Position numbers and translations under genes: made by a program
Notes under the pieces: model-generated
What the model saw: the letters and a program-made list of their open reading frames with translations, nothing else
Database searches by the model: none
Told to the model about the DNA's origin: nothing
From: Ructibacterium sp.
GTDB taxonomy: Bacteria > Bacillota > Clostridia > Monoglobales > Monoglobaceae
Assembly (NCBI GenBank): GCA_045649565.1
Contig: JAZRQC010000037.1
Location: 248-64,247, forward strand
Reading direction: 5' to 3'
DNA length: 64,000 nucleotides
Shown here: one piece after another, positions 17,313-27,518 of the stretch
Position numbering within the stretch: the stretch's first letter is position 1
Layout of the letters: every line of letters starts with the position of its first letter

Positions 17313-18599
17313 TTATTTTTCTTGTTTTTTCTTTTCTTGTTTCTTTGCTTCTTCGTCCAAGAACATCTGTCTGATTTCCTCATACTTTTCATCCGAAACA
17401 GGGGGATGGGGATAGGTAGTAACGGGCACCAATTGGTCTCCCGCCACATCCGGGTTGGTGCAAGCGTGGTCATTCCGATACGCATCCCGTTCCTCAGGAT
17501 TTCTCAGATTCGGAACCTTGATGGGAATATTTCCATTGCAAGCAGATTTCCATGCTAAGATACCACAAATTCCCATATCTACTGCCTGATAAACATCCAC
17601 AGACCATTTTCCGTCTTCATTACCCTTAATCTTCTCTAAGAAGAAATAGGGGGCATAGAAGTCAGCACCGGCGTGAGCCTTCATATCCACTGCTTTGACT
17701 GCATACTCACGGGCAAGCTCGGTAATGGGTTCGTACTTTTCCCAAGCGCCCTTATTCAGCTTTTCGCCCTCTTTATAGACGTGGAGTAACTTCTGTTCAT
17801 AAAAACGACCGCTCTCCATCATTCCGTTCTGACAATACATCTGATAATTCCAAGGATAAGCGTGTTCTCTGGGGAAAGGTCCATGGATGCTCTTGACAAC
17901 AGCTCCATTCTCCAGCGTTACCATCTCAACGCCGGGACCGTAAACAACTGCCATTTCCTCAAAATCACGTTCCCGTCTGGGGCATTCGTAACCCGTTACT
18001 TGAACCGGACGCATTCCGGTTGCGGTGAAGATGGGACCCAAAGAATGGGTACAGTAGAATGTAGCATACATCCGATTTCTCCAATGGTTGGGGTCTCCGA
18101 AGGTAAGACCCGGCCAACTGTGTGCACAGTCGTGGAGATATTCACACTCGGCGTACATAATCTCGCCCATTTCCCCTGACTCGTACCGACGCCACATCTC
18201 AAAAGCGTGGGGCATATAACAGCAGTTCTCTGCAAAGGCATAAACCTTGCCGGAACGCTCTACCGCCTCAATCAGTTCCACCGCCTGTGCCATGGTCTCA
18301 CAAGGGAGACACTCGGACAGAACGTGCAATCCCTTCTCCAGACAACGAACTGCAAAAGGAGCGTGTTCCGTTGCATAGTTCGCAAGGACTACTGCATCCA
18401 TATCGTGATTGATAAAATCATCAAAATTCTCGTAGAGCTCAACGGAGCATCCAAACTCATCCGCCTTTTCTTTTACCTTATCAAGCAACGGACGATATTT
18501 ATCACAAACCGCAACCAGTTCTGCACCCTCATAGCCGAGGAATGCCTGAATCATAGACATACCACGGCCGGCTCCAAAAACACCAACTTTAATTTTCAT
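17313..18599 (-). CDS. Gfo/Idh/MocA family oxidoreductase with a K/E-rich C-terminal tail
   Basis: AAGGAGA RBS. The Rossmann N-terminus is MKIKVGVFGAGRG. It lies 12 nt downstream of the GH78-like gene. The tail is EEAKKQEKKKQEK. Confidence 0.8.
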   Translation of the reverse strand: MKIKVGVFGAGRGMSMIQAFLGYEGAELVAVCDKYRPLLDKVKEKADEFGCSVELYENFDDFINHDMDAVVLANYATEHAPFAVRCLEKGLHVLSECLPCETMAQAVELIEAVERSGKVYAFAENCCYMPHAFEMWRRYESGEMGEIMYAECEYLHDCAHSWPGLTFGDPNHWRNRMYATFYCTHSLGPIFTATGMRPVQVTGYECPRRERDFEEMAVVYGPGVEMVTLENGAVVKSIHGPFPREHAYPWNYQMYCQNGMMESGRFYEQKLLHVYKEGEKLNKGAWEKYEPITELAREYAVKAVDMKAHAGADFYAPYFFLEKIKGNEDGKWSVDVYQAVDMGICGILAWKSACNGNIPIKVPNLRNPEERDAYRNDHACTNPDVAGDQLVPVTTYPHPPVSDEKYEEIRQMFLDEEAKKQEKKKQEK

Positions 18600-18611
18600 A
18601 GTTTTTTCTCC

Positions 18612-20765
18612 TTAAAACTCTTTAATTCCATTCGGGGTAAGCAGTGTGCCGGTTGCCTTTTCCCAACCGGGAATCGGCGCATTGGTTCTCTCAACAACGC
18701 CCGGCTTTTCGGGATAGACACCCATCATATACCGCCAGAACACATAGACCGGAACTGCCGCCCAACCGTGGCACAAACTTGCTGCATAGCCAAAGTCATC
18801 GGCACCTCTGGAGGTTTCCCAAAATGTAGTCGCACCGGCATAGAGCATGGTCCCCCACATCTTCTCAATATCATCCAGTACAATTTCTGCATATTCCTTT
18901 GAGGTCTGCATCAGGGCATCGTACTTATAAATCAGGTAACTCAGCTCAATGGGAACAAATTCCTCATTCAGCAGCGCTGCAATGATTTCTTCTTTCTTAT
19001 CCTCCGGAACAAATCCTGCCAGAAGAACAATTGCCTGGGTCAACTGGGCAAAGTGAGGTTCTCCGTCGATAAAGCTTTGATATGCCTTTTTCTCAGGAAC
19101 GTAGAAACAATCATGGAATCCGCCTGCCAACTCTTTACACAGTTCCTCTGCCCATGCCTTTTCCTCCGCTTTGTTCAGATATTCGGCAATATCGGCATAG
19201 TTTTTCAAAGTAATACCAAGGAATGCCGTTGCCAATGCATCAGGCTTTGCATGATGCTGATCGCCATACAGACCGGGCATCCATCCGTAGAAGTTCCAGT
19301 ATTCCTCACCATCCGGTTGGAGGATAACGCCATCTTTCTTGCTACTTGCCATAAACTGAAGAACCCCTTTGGCTGTGGAGAGTTTCTCCTCTGCAAATGC
19401 CAAGTCACCGCTAAAGAGGGTATATTCCTTCAAGGCGGTCACCCAACCCATGGAAAAGCTGGGAATGGTACGCCAATAACTGCCCGGTGCAATATGGGTC
19501 AGAAGTCCGCAATCCCAACTATGCTGGGAAAGGAGATCAAGACATGCTCTTGGCATTTTGGTTTCACCAAAGGAATAATAACTCATCAGCATCTCGTTCC
19601 GACTATCGAAGCCGTAGAGCGCCTGCTCTCTTTGGGGACAGTCCTCATAATGCTCGTGCATACAATTGTGGAGGGTGTCCATTGCCACCTGATAGATTTT
19701 GTCAAAAAGACGGTCGCCGCTCTTTAAGGTAGAACGATAAGGTACCGGGTATTCTACCCGATGAATCCCCACGGTATGTACCGCCTTGATACCCTTGTGA
19801 GCAAAAATCTGAAGATACCGTCCTGCAAAGCGGTGGATATAGCAGGCAATTTTTTGTCTGCCTTCACGACAGGTACAACGGAATCCGAAATTTCTGTTGC
19901 CGATAAAGGAACGAACTCTCAAATCATCCAGATGTTCTCCGAAGGCAAGGTCAAGAATCGCACCATCTTTTGCCTCTACATCAATCACAAAGTAACCTGC
20001 AATTTCTCGCCCTAAATCCATCAACCAGAAATTGTTATCACCCTCGGTGTAAACGCTTCCGTTTTCCCGTTTCATAAACTTCCAACGATCTTTATGCGCC
20101 ATGGATGCATACTGCATCTGTGCCGCTGGTGTGTCACCATCAGTGATGGTAAAGATTCCTTGCCCGGCAGGTTTTCCGGTGCATACCTCATGAAGAGTCA
20201 GATTCTTAATAGGCCGAGGAGAATAGATAATCTCGGAATCATCCACCACCTGAGCGTTCTCCCACGCCTCACTGACATCGTTTTCTCTCCATCCGTCATC
20301 CCCACGGAAATCAATCTCCAGATTAAAAGGACGCTCCTGACTGATCCATTCTATATCACCACTGCGATATTCCTTGGCAGGACTCATCTTGGTCTTTTCA
20401 CAACTTACAGAAAGGGGAGTTTCTCCCTCGACAACGGCAAACTTCACCATAGGAATTCCCACTGCACGCTGAGAAGAATCTCTACCCTGAGAATAACCCA
20501 AAACCGAAATCAGGTTGCTTCCCGCTTTCACATACTCGGTAATATCATAGGTATCATACATCTTCTCTTCGGGGAAATCCGCATACTGACCGAATCCCAC
20601 CAGGCTTCCGTTGATGTACAATTCGTAATTGGTGTCGGTACAGATAAATACTGAAATGTTACCTTCTTTTTTGCTTTCAAACTGATCCTGAAAGCGAACA
20701 AATTGGTTCACGGTTGTTGTCTTGTCCCAAATGGCTTTAGCGCCATATTTTTCAAAAACATTCAT
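18612..20765 (-). CDS. six-hairpin glycoside hydrolase, alpha-L-rhamnosidase (GH78)-like
   Basis: The ATG at 20765 lies 8 nt after AAGGAG; the track start is a GTG. The block HEHYEDCPQREQALYGFDSR resembles the DCPQR(D/E) signature of bacterial rhamnosidase catalytic domains. The family assignment is by eye only. Confidence 0.6.
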   Translation of the reverse strand: MNVFEKYGAKAIWDKTTTVNQFVRFQDQFESKKEGNISVFICTDTNYELYINGSLVGFGQYADFPEEKMYDTYDITEYVKAGSNLISVLGYSQGRDSSQRAVGIPMVKFAVVEGETPLSVSCEKTKMSPAKEYRSGDIEWISQERPFNLEIDFRGDDGWRENDVSEAWENAQVVDDSEIIYSPRPIKNLTLHEVCTGKPAGQGIFTITDGDTPAAQMQYASMAHKDRWKFMKRENGSVYTEGDNNFWLMDLGREIAGYFVIDVEAKDGAILDLAFGEHLDDLRVRSFIGNRNFGFRCTCREGRQKIACYIHRFAGRYLQIFAHKGIKAVHTVGIHRVEYPVPYRSTLKSGDRLFDKIYQVAMDTLHNCMHEHYEDCPQREQALYGFDSRNEMLMSYYSFGETKMPRACLDLLSQHSWDCGLLTHIAPGSYWRTIPSFSMGWVTALKEYTLFSGDLAFAEEKLSTAKGVLQFMASSKKDGVILQPDGEEYWNFYGWMPGLYGDQHHAKPDALATAFLGITLKNYADIAEYLNKAEEKAWAEELCKELAGGFHDCFYVPEKKAYQSFIDGEPHFAQLTQAIVLLAGFVPEDKKEEIIAALLNEEFVPIELSYLIYKYDALMQTSKEYAEIVLDDIEKMWGTMLYAGATTFWETSRGADDFGYAASLCHGWAAVPVYVFWRYMMGVYPEKPGVVERTNAPIPGWEKATGTLLTPNGIKEF

Positions 20766-21215
20766 GTCTTGCACTCCTTAACATGGTATTGTTAAGCGCA
20801 TTATAACACAGACGAAAAATATTGCAACCTATATTTTTAGATTTAACAGATTTTAACATTTTTTTAATATTAGAAAGGCTATAATCGTAATTTAAATCAT
20901 TTTTATATATTTTGCAAGCGAAAAAATTAGTATTCACAATTAATTTACACAAACCCAACTATTTCCCCACATAAAAGGACGAAAACAATCAAAAATAAAA
21001 GTGCAAATAAAATTTCAGGAGGTTACTATGAATATTCTTCGCAACACCATTTTCAACCCCGACTGGATTTTATTGCATCCCTTTCACCTGTTTCATTCTT
21101 CTCGCTGATTACACCATAAAAAAGCCCCTGCCAAAGATACGGCAGGGACTTTACATAAAGGAGATTTTTTTGCACATACTATGGTTCAGGAACTTTTTGG
21201 AAAGGAAGAAACGAT

Positions 21216-22475
21216 ATGGCACACTACCTTATTACACCGGGAGAACCACTTTCCGGAACCATCTCTATCAGCGGCTCTAAAAATGCATCTCTGCCTATTC
21301 TTGCAGCAGGCTTGCTCGCGGATACTCCCTCTGTCCTTCAAAGAATCCCTCTTTTGTCCGACACAGCGGACATGCTTACATTACTGTCTTCGGTGGGCGG
21401 AACAGTGGAGCAAATGGACGAAACCACCTTTTCTGTTTCCCTCTCGGCAGATGCCAAGCGCAAAACCCTTTCTCCCGCACAGTTCAACCGCCTTCGTGGT
21501 TCCTTTTTGATTATGGGACCACTCCTTGCACGAACGGGAAAAATACGAATTCCTCTGCCGGGCGGTTGTCAGATTGGTGCACGCCCGATTGACCTCCACC
21601 TAAAAGGTTTTTCGGCTATGGGCGTCAAAATCAAACAGGGACATGGGTTTGTAGAAGCGCGGTGTGATCAATTAATGGGCGCACGTATCTACCTGGACTT
21701 TCCCAGCGTGGGTGCCACCGAGAATCTTCTCCTTGCCGCCTGTCTTGCCAAAGGAGAAACCGTCATCGAAAATGCCGCCGCAGAACCTGAAATTGCAGAT
21801 CTGGCTCTTTGCTTATCCAAGATGGGTGCACAGATAGAAGGTGCCGGCAGTGATACCATTACCATCCAAGGAAAAAAATCTCTCAAGGGATGTCGTCATC
21901 AGGTCATTCCTGATCGCATTGAGGCCGGAACCTTTCTTGCCATGGCCGCCGCATCTCACGGAGAAATCACCCTAACCGATGTCTGTCCCGATCATGTAAA
22001 GCCGGTTCTTGCCAAACTTCAGGAGATGGGTTTTGAAATCGAGGCAGGAGAAGATTTTCTCCATCTGTTCCCCTTGGAAAAATTTCGTTCGGTGGATATC
22101 AAAACCCTTCCCTATCCCGGTTTCCCCACCGATATGCAATCTCCCTTCATGGCATTGTTGAGTGTGGCAGACGGCACCGGTGTTGTGGTGGAAACCATCT
22201 TTGAAAATCGGTTTATGCAGGTTCCCGAACTTTTGCGAATGGGTGCCAAAATTAAATTAGACGGACGAACTGCCGTCATTGACGGAACCCGAAAATTAAG
22301 TGGCGCTCAGGTCAAAGCCACCGATCTTCGTGCAGGAGCCGCCTTGGTAGTGGCTGCCTTAGCCGCACAAGGTGAAACTCGTTTGGACGGCATTGAGCAT
22401 ATGGAACGCGGCTACGAACACTTCGTAGAAAAACTCTCTTCCATAGGTGGTAGAATCCAACGTATTGAGGACTGA
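21216..22475 (+). CDS. murA: UDP-N-acetylglucosamine 1-carboxyvinyltransferase
   Basis: Carries ISGSKNASLPILAAGLLA, IGARPIDLHLKG, YPGFPTDMQ and TDLRAGAALVVAALAA, the canonical MurA/EPSP-fold motifs. Confidence 0.9.
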   Translation: MAHYLITPGEPLSGTISISGSKNASLPILAAGLLADTPSVLQRIPLLSDTADMLTLLSSVGGTVEQMDETTFSVSLSADAKRKTLSPAQFNRLRGSFLIMGPLLARTGKIRIPLPGGCQIGARPIDLHLKGFSAMGVKIKQGHGFVEARCDQLMGARIYLDFPSVGATENLLLAACLAKGETVIENAAAEPEIADLALCLSKMGAQIEGAGSDTITIQGKKSLKGCRHQVIPDRIEAGTFLAMAAASHGEITLTDVCPDHVKPVLAKLQEMGFEIEAGEDFLHLFPLEKFRSVDIKTLPYPGFPTDMQSPFMALLSVADGTGVVVETIFENRFMQVPELLRMGAKIKLDGRTAVIDGTRKLSGAQVKATDLRAGAALVVAALAAQGETRLDGIEHMERGYEHFVEKLSSIGGRIQRIED

Positions 22476-22478
22476 TGG

Positions 22479-23216
22479 TTATTCGTGTATCATCTTGCTA
22501 ATATCCCGACGTAATCTCAAAATAATCCTTTTTTCTAATCTTGAAATATAGGACTGGGAAATCCCCAACATATCTGCCACCTCTTTTTGGGTCTTTTCCT
22601 CACTCCCTCGGTTCAATCCAAATCGCAACTCCATAATCCTTTGTTCTCTGCCTGAAAGTTTCTTCATGGCGATTCTCAAAAGTTGCTTATCCACTTCTTC
22701 GTCCAAACCACGCCAGATGATATCTTCCTCTGTCCCCAGTATATCTGAGAGCAACAATTCGTTCCCGTCCCAGTCCACATTCAAGGGTTCATCAATGGAT
22801 ATTTCAGATTTGGTTCCGTTATTTTTTCTCAGATACATCAAAATTTCATTCTCTATACAACGGGAGGCATAGGTTGCAAGTTTGATTTTCTTGTCTGTCT
22901 TGAAGGTATTGATTGCCTTGATTAAGCCAATGGTACCGATGGATATCAAATCCTCAATACCGATTCCGGTATTCTCAAACTTCCGTGCTATGTAAACAAC
23001 CAATCGCAGGTTCCTTTCGATTAAGGTTTTCCGCACCTGTTCCCGTTCCTCCGGCAGATCCAATCGTGCAAGGAGACTTTCTTCCTCTTCCTTTCCAAGT
23101 GGTGCCGGAAGACTTTCGCTTCCGCCAATATAATACACATCCCTTGGCCGGACTCTTAACCATTTGGGTAAGATTTTTTGTAAGTACTGTAAAAACTTCT
23201 GTAGTTTCATCTTCAT
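22479..23216 (-). CDS. sigE: sporulation sigma factor E (pro-sigma-E)
   Basis: The ATG at 23216 lies about 8 nt after GGAGG. It has a pro-sequence, then [35 protein letters not shown] and the region 4 block [20 protein letters not shown]. It lies immediately downstream of spoIIGA. Confidence 0.9.
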   Translation of the reverse strand: MKMKLQKFLQYLQKILPKWLRVRPRDVYYIGGSESLPAPLGKEEEESLLARLDLPEEREQVRKTLIERNLRLVVYIARKFENTGIGIEDLISIGTIGLIKAINTFKTDKKIKLATYASRCIENEILMYLRKNNGTKSEISIDEPLNVDWDGNELLLSDILGTEEDIIWRGLDEEVDKQLLRIAMKKLSGREQRIMELRFGLNRGSEEKTQKEVADMLGISQSYISRLEKRIILRLRRDISKMIHE

Positions 23217-24060
23217 ACTTTCTGCCTCCACTTTGCTTTATTTCGCTTATGATTTGAGGATTAAATACCCCCGAATATAATCCGTCCCTTGAAAAATTCT
23301 CCCTGACAATTCCAATCAAAGGCCTTTCTGCCAGTTCATAGCGTTGACTCAGACAGGTTATTTCTTCCGGATAGAACGCAGGAATCCTATCCTCTCCGGA
23401 TGCGGTATGAATACTTAACCAAAAACTTTCCTTTGGCGTAACCCCTTCTATGAGTTTTTCCGAGATTAACAAGACACCCTCTCCGCTTACAGGTGCGGTT
23501 AATTCACAGCCGGTATCTGCAAGAGCTGTCAGGGTAATGTTCTCTTCTCCCACCATTATCTTCATAGGAATCAAAATCTTATCCCGTGAGAAATTTCGAA
23601 TACAACTTCTGCGAAACCAAAGGAGGAGACCGAACGAAAGAAAAATCCCGGCTAATAATAGTCGCATATCAAGCAAAAAATATACTGTTCCATTAACAGA
23701 GATTCCCCGAAGGTTCCGCCCCAGTTGGGTACCAACGGCCAATCCATAAACCACACCGCCAACACCTACCGAAACCAATCCGAGCATTATTCTCGCCTTA
23801 AGAAAACCAAGCCATCCACCGTTGGGTTTTAAAATCCAAACAGCAACCATACCGACGATACCTCTCCCAAGAAAGGACGGGATGACCCCAACTTCAGGCA
23901 AAAAGCTTACCGTTCCGTAAAGAGCCAGCAAGGCCGATGCTATGGTCAACCGTCCTAAACGCCAATCTATTCTTGACAATTGGACTGTCAAAAAAAGGAT
24001 TACCAAATCCATTAAAAAATTGGTAGCAAAAAGCACATCCGCATAGACTGTCAACTCCAT
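22975..24060 (-). CDS. spoIIGA: sigma-E processing peptidase SpoIIGA (ORF runs on into sigE)
   Basis: Polytopic membrane N-terminus ([24 protein letters not shown]) followed by the [10 protein letters not shown] aspartic-protease-type motif. The position upstream of sigE is conserved in endospore formers. The 3-prime end is questionable (see findings). Confidence 0.8.
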   Translation of the reverse strand: MELTVYADVLFATNFLMDLVILFLTVQLSRIDWRLGRLTIASALLALYGTVSFLPEVGVIPSFLGRGIVGMVAVWILKPNGGWLGFLKARIMLGLVSVGVGGVVYGLAVGTQLGRNLRGISVNGTVYFLLDMRLLLAGIFLSFGLLLWFRRSCIRNFSRDKILIPMKIMVGEENITLTALADTGCELTAPVSGEGVLLISEKLIEGVTPKESFWLSIHTASGEDRIPAFYPEEITCLSQRYELAERPLIGIVRENFSRDGLYSGVFNPQIISEIKQSGGRKYEDETTEVFTVLTKNLTQMVKSPAKGCVLYWRKRKSSGTTWKGRGRKSPCTIGSAGGTGTGAENLNRKEPAIGCLHSTEV

Positions 24061-24154
24061 CGTTCCCCCTCCCTTCCTCTTTATTATAGCCTTATGGGAA
24101 AAAGAAAACTGTCAAAATATGGAAATAGAATTCTAATTTTTCAGACAAAAAAAG

Positions 24155-24187
24155 ACAAAAAAATCTCCCCATTCAGGGGAGACTTTT
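24155..24187 (-). terminator. intrinsic terminator after the MATE gene
   Basis: Stem tctcccc / ggggaga, loop attca, with a long T-run on the minus strand. Confidence 0.8.
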
Positions 24188-25558
24188 TTATGATTCGATT
24201 GGTTTCATTTCTTTGCTCAGCCGTTTGACAGAGAACAAGAATACACAGATAAACATAAGGGCCGCGCTGAGCCATGCAAGAGGGCCTGCAAAGGCAACAC
24301 CCAAATGTCCGAAGGCACCTGCCAACAAGAAGGCACAAGATACACGGACACAGAACTCCAAAATACTTCCCACCAACACGATACCCGCTTTACCAATACC
24401 CTGCAAGGTATTCTTAAACACAAAGATTGCACCCATGGCAGGGAAGAAGCAAGCGGTGACAGTCATAAATTCACGGGCGTAGAAGATAACAGATTCCACG
24501 TTTTTCTCTCCGGAATCAATAAAGAGCAAGGTCAGATATCTTCCGAAGATGATAATCAACGCTCCGCCTACCACCGTAAGGCATCCCATCATAATACAGG
24601 TAATGGAAACGCCCTTCTTGATACGTTCCAGATTCTGTGCTCCGTAGTTCTGACCGATAAATGTTGCAAGCGTCATACCAAGGGATAACATAACCTGAGA
24701 TACCAACTGTTCGATTCTGACCGATGCGGTAAATCCGGCTACCGCCTCTGTACCGAATCCGTTCAGGCTTGCCTGTACCGCAATAGCACCGGATGCGATT
24801 ACTGCCATCTGGGCTCCCATGGGAAGTCCGAGACGAAGATGTGCCCAAGTAAACTTCCAGTCAAGTTTCCAATCCTCCTTCTTCAAATGAAGGGTGGGGA
24901 AGAAAAATACAATATAAAAGAAACAGAGAATGCCCGAAATCGCCTGAGAAACCACCGTCGCAACTGCGGCACCCATGGTTCCCATATGGAACACCAAAAT
25001 ACAAACAAAATCCAAAATGATATTCAAAATGGAAGCAATCAATAAGAACACCAGCGGGATCTTGCTATTTCCCAAAGCGCGCATAATGCTGGAAAGATAG
25101 TTATAAAGCATGGTTGTTGGGATACCCCAACAAATAACCACCAAATACATATATGCATCCTGCTCAATATCTTTAGGCGTATTCATCAGGCTTAAAATCC
25201 CATGGGATCCCAGTACGCAAACAGTGGTAAGAAGCAATGCAACAACGGAACTGATCACCGCACCTGTTGCCACACTACGTCGAACCCCCTGCATATCACC
25301 GGCACCGAATCGTTGGGATGTCATTATCACAAAACCATTGGTCAACCCTGCAGAAAAACCCACAATCAAAAAGACCAAAGATCCACATGCACCAACCGCA
25401 GCCAGGGCGTTCATACCCAATGTTCTTCCCACGATGATGGTGTCTGCCATATTATAAAGTTGCTGGAACACATTACCGATGATCAAAGGAATACTGAACA
25501 TTAGCAAATGTCGAAAAATATTTCCTTTTGTCATATCTATCGTTTTGTCTTTTCTCAT
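24188..25558 (-). CDS. MATE family efflux transporter
   Basis: 456 aa with about 12 predicted hydrophobic segments. The N-terminal block GNIFRHLLMFSIPLIIGNVFQQLYNMADTIIVGR is typical of MATE/NorM-like proteins. Confidence 0.85.
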   Translation of the reverse strand: MRKDKTIDMTKGNIFRHLLMFSIPLIIGNVFQQLYNMADTIIVGRTLGMNALAAVGACGSLVFLIVGFSAGLTNGFVIMTSQRFGAGDMQGVRRSVATGAVISSVVALLLTTVCVLGSHGILSLMNTPKDIEQDAYMYLVVICWGIPTTMLYNYLSSIMRALGNSKIPLVFLLIASILNIILDFVCILVFHMGTMGAAVATVVSQAISGILCFFYIVFFFPTLHLKKEDWKLDWKFTWAHLRLGLPMGAQMAVIASGAIAVQASLNGFGTEAVAGFTASVRIEQLVSQVMLSLGMTLATFIGQNYGAQNLERIKKGVSITCIMMGCLTVVGGALIIIFGRYLTLLFIDSGEKNVESVIFYAREFMTVTACFFPAMGAIFVFKNTLQGIGKAGIVLVGSILEFCVRVSCAFLLAGAFGHLGVAFAGPLAWLSAALMFICVFLFSVKRLSKEMKPIES

Positions 25559-25644
25559 TACTTAGCCTCCGTTTTAATTTCATGCTACCACTATACTACG
25601 TTTCAGGGGCATCGTCAATAGATAGCAGGATTTCTTAATATATT

Positions 25645-25687
25645 TTTAAAATATGAAAACCGCCACAGATCTACTCTGTGGCGGTTT
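25645..25687 (-). terminator. intrinsic terminator after binding-protein gene 1
   Basis: 12-bp stem aaaccgccacag / ctgtggcggttt followed by a T-rich tract on the minus strand. Confidence 0.75.
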
Positions 25688-25699
25688 AAGGATACATTA

Positions 25700-27352
25700 T
25701 CAAGGAGTCTGTGCCTCTTCTGCCGTTGCCTGAGATCGGGTATAGATATCCTGATACATTTCAACAAACTCGTCAATATCCATAAGTTCTAAGTTTTGTT
25801 TGTACAACTCCCAGTCGTTCTCTAAATTCTCGCCATCAATAATCCACTTTTCCAGTTTCACCTTAACCATGATAGCGATATCCGTAATCAATTCTGTCAG
25901 CCGTTCGGATTCCTCCTCTGTGCAATCCGGTCGAGTCCATGGTTCCTGATCCAGATACGGCTTATAGATTTCATAAACTTCCATTCTGGATTTCCACTCT
26001 TCCCGCAAAGGAAGTGTCTCTGTTCCATAAAGTTCCATCGGAAGATAACAGGGCATGGCACCGGTTAAGATACACCGATACACATAATCCTGAAATTCCA
26101 TGTCCTCCTCTGGCAACTCATTCCATGTAAAGACATCGTTTTCCACGGAGAAGGTGGAGTTTTCCGCCGACTCACCAAAGGCGTTTCGGATGGACTCTTC
26201 CGGCAGGTAGAACTTATCAATCCAGCGCATTGCCGCACCCGGATTTTTGCAATTCTTAAACATACAAAAGGCATTCTTGGTTCCAATACGTAAAGGATTC
26301 ACGTGCCATGAAGGCTTGACATTACTTTTCGCCTTCAAGGGAGCCATTGCCACATATTCGTCCCCATTGAGTTCCGGTTTCTCACTTGACACAAGAACAC
26401 CTATGGTCGTTGTCTCCTCCTGCAATTTTTCAAGGAAGGTTTCGTTATCATGCTCAAAAACTTCCGAATCCAGAAGTCCCTCGCGATACAGTTCCCGATA
26501 GTAGGCAACCATCTCTTTCCATTCGTCCATAACGGGTGTAAATCTTACCTCTCCGTTCTTTACGTTCAACCAATAGTCACCTGTGCCTGCCTTACTCGAA
26601 ATTCCCCAAGAGGACAGAAGCATCTCGGGATGAATCCCCTCGTCCAATGCATAAAAAGTCATGGGAACTTCGTCCGCTTCACCATTACCATTGGGGTCGT
26701 TTTCCTTAAATGCCCGAAGAACATTCTTAAGTTCCGCCAAGGTTCTGGGAACACCCAGATTCATTTTATCCAACCATGTTTTGTTAATCCACATGGCACT
26801 TTCGATATAATCGGGCATGAATTCCTTAATAGAGGGCAGGGTATAAATATGTCCATCTGCGGCAATGGAGGCCTTTTTTACATCGGGTCTTTCCTGATAT
26901 AATTTCCAGATGTTAGGGGTATCCGTCTCGTTAATATAATCTTCAATGGGAAGAAGAATCCCTTTGGATGCATACTGAGAAAGTTCATCGGATGTGAACA
27001 CCTTTCCAATTACAACCCCCGGATACTTTCCTTTTCCGATATTCTTCTTCATGGTATGTTGACCATGTCCGCCATTCATGTACTTCCACTCAATAGGAGC
27101 ATCCGCAAGGCCTTCCAATCGCTTGATGCTGGCATCATAAAGACCATCAGGCTTTTCGTCACTTTCTGCAGGAATGGTAACCCGAAACGGCGTTGTTGTA
27201 TCTATGGTAGGTTCTGTCTCCACCGTTTCTTCCGTCTTCCCTATATCCTCCGAAGTTTTTTCGGGGAAAAGGTAGTCCTTTGCAAAAAAACCGGCAACAG
27301 CCAACGCAAGGATAACAAGTATAATTGATAAAATGATTATTTTCTTCTTCAT
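25700..27352 (-). CDS. large extracellular solute-binding protein (CUT1, LplA-like) with an N-terminal membrane anchor and no lipobox
   Basis: 550 aa, paralogous by eye to the gene at 27519-29126 (e.g. DGHIYTLPSIKEFMPDYIE vs DGHMYTLPGLKEFMPDYIE). The N-terminus MKKKIIILSIILVILALAVAGFFA has no cysteine. Confidence 0.8.
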   Translation of the reverse strand: MKKKIIILSIILVILALAVAGFFAKDYLFPEKTSEDIGKTEETVETEPTIDTTTPFRVTIPAESDEKPDGLYDASIKRLEGLADAPIEWKYMNGGHGQHTMKKNIGKGKYPGVVIGKVFTSDELSQYASKGILLPIEDYINETDTPNIWKLYQERPDVKKASIAADGHIYTLPSIKEFMPDYIESAMWINKTWLDKMNLGVPRTLAELKNVLRAFKENDPNGNGEADEVPMTFYALDEGIHPEMLLSSWGISSKAGTGDYWLNVKNGEVRFTPVMDEWKEMVAYYRELYREGLLDSEVFEHDNETFLEKLQEETTTIGVLVSSEKPELNGDEYVAMAPLKAKSNVKPSWHVNPLRIGTKNAFCMFKNCKNPGAAMRWIDKFYLPEESIRNAFGESAENSTFSVENDVFTWNELPEEDMEFQDYVYRCILTGAMPCYLPMELYGTETLPLREEWKSRMEVYEIYKPYLDQEPWTRPDCTEEESERLTELITDIAIMVKVKLEKWIIDGENLENDWELYKQNLELMDIDEFVEMYQDIYTRSQATAEEAQTP

Positions 27353-27465
27353 AGGAATTCCTCATCTTGATTTTCTCTATTTTATCATATGGATTTACTG
27401 CAATATTATGCTTCGCTTATTGTAACACAAAACCATTTTTTCGTCAAGAACCGCTCTTTTGCCAC

Positions 27466-27502
27466 AAAAAAATACCGCAGAGAAACCTCTGCGGTATTTT
27501 TT
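27466..27502. terminator. bidirectional intrinsic terminator between the two binding-protein genes
   Basis: A-run, stem ataccgcagag / tctgcggtat, then T6. Confidence 0.8.
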
Positions 27503-27518
27503 AATGTCATTGCAAGAC

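Noticed and set aside
17091-17558. 155-aa plus-strand ORF spanning the CNNM start, the hairpin at 17280-17311 and the oxidoreductase 3-prime end
   Set aside because: It crosses an intergenic terminator-like hairpin and overlaps two supported minus-strand genes. Its low-complexity F/L-rich stretch derives from the complement of the K/E-rich tail.
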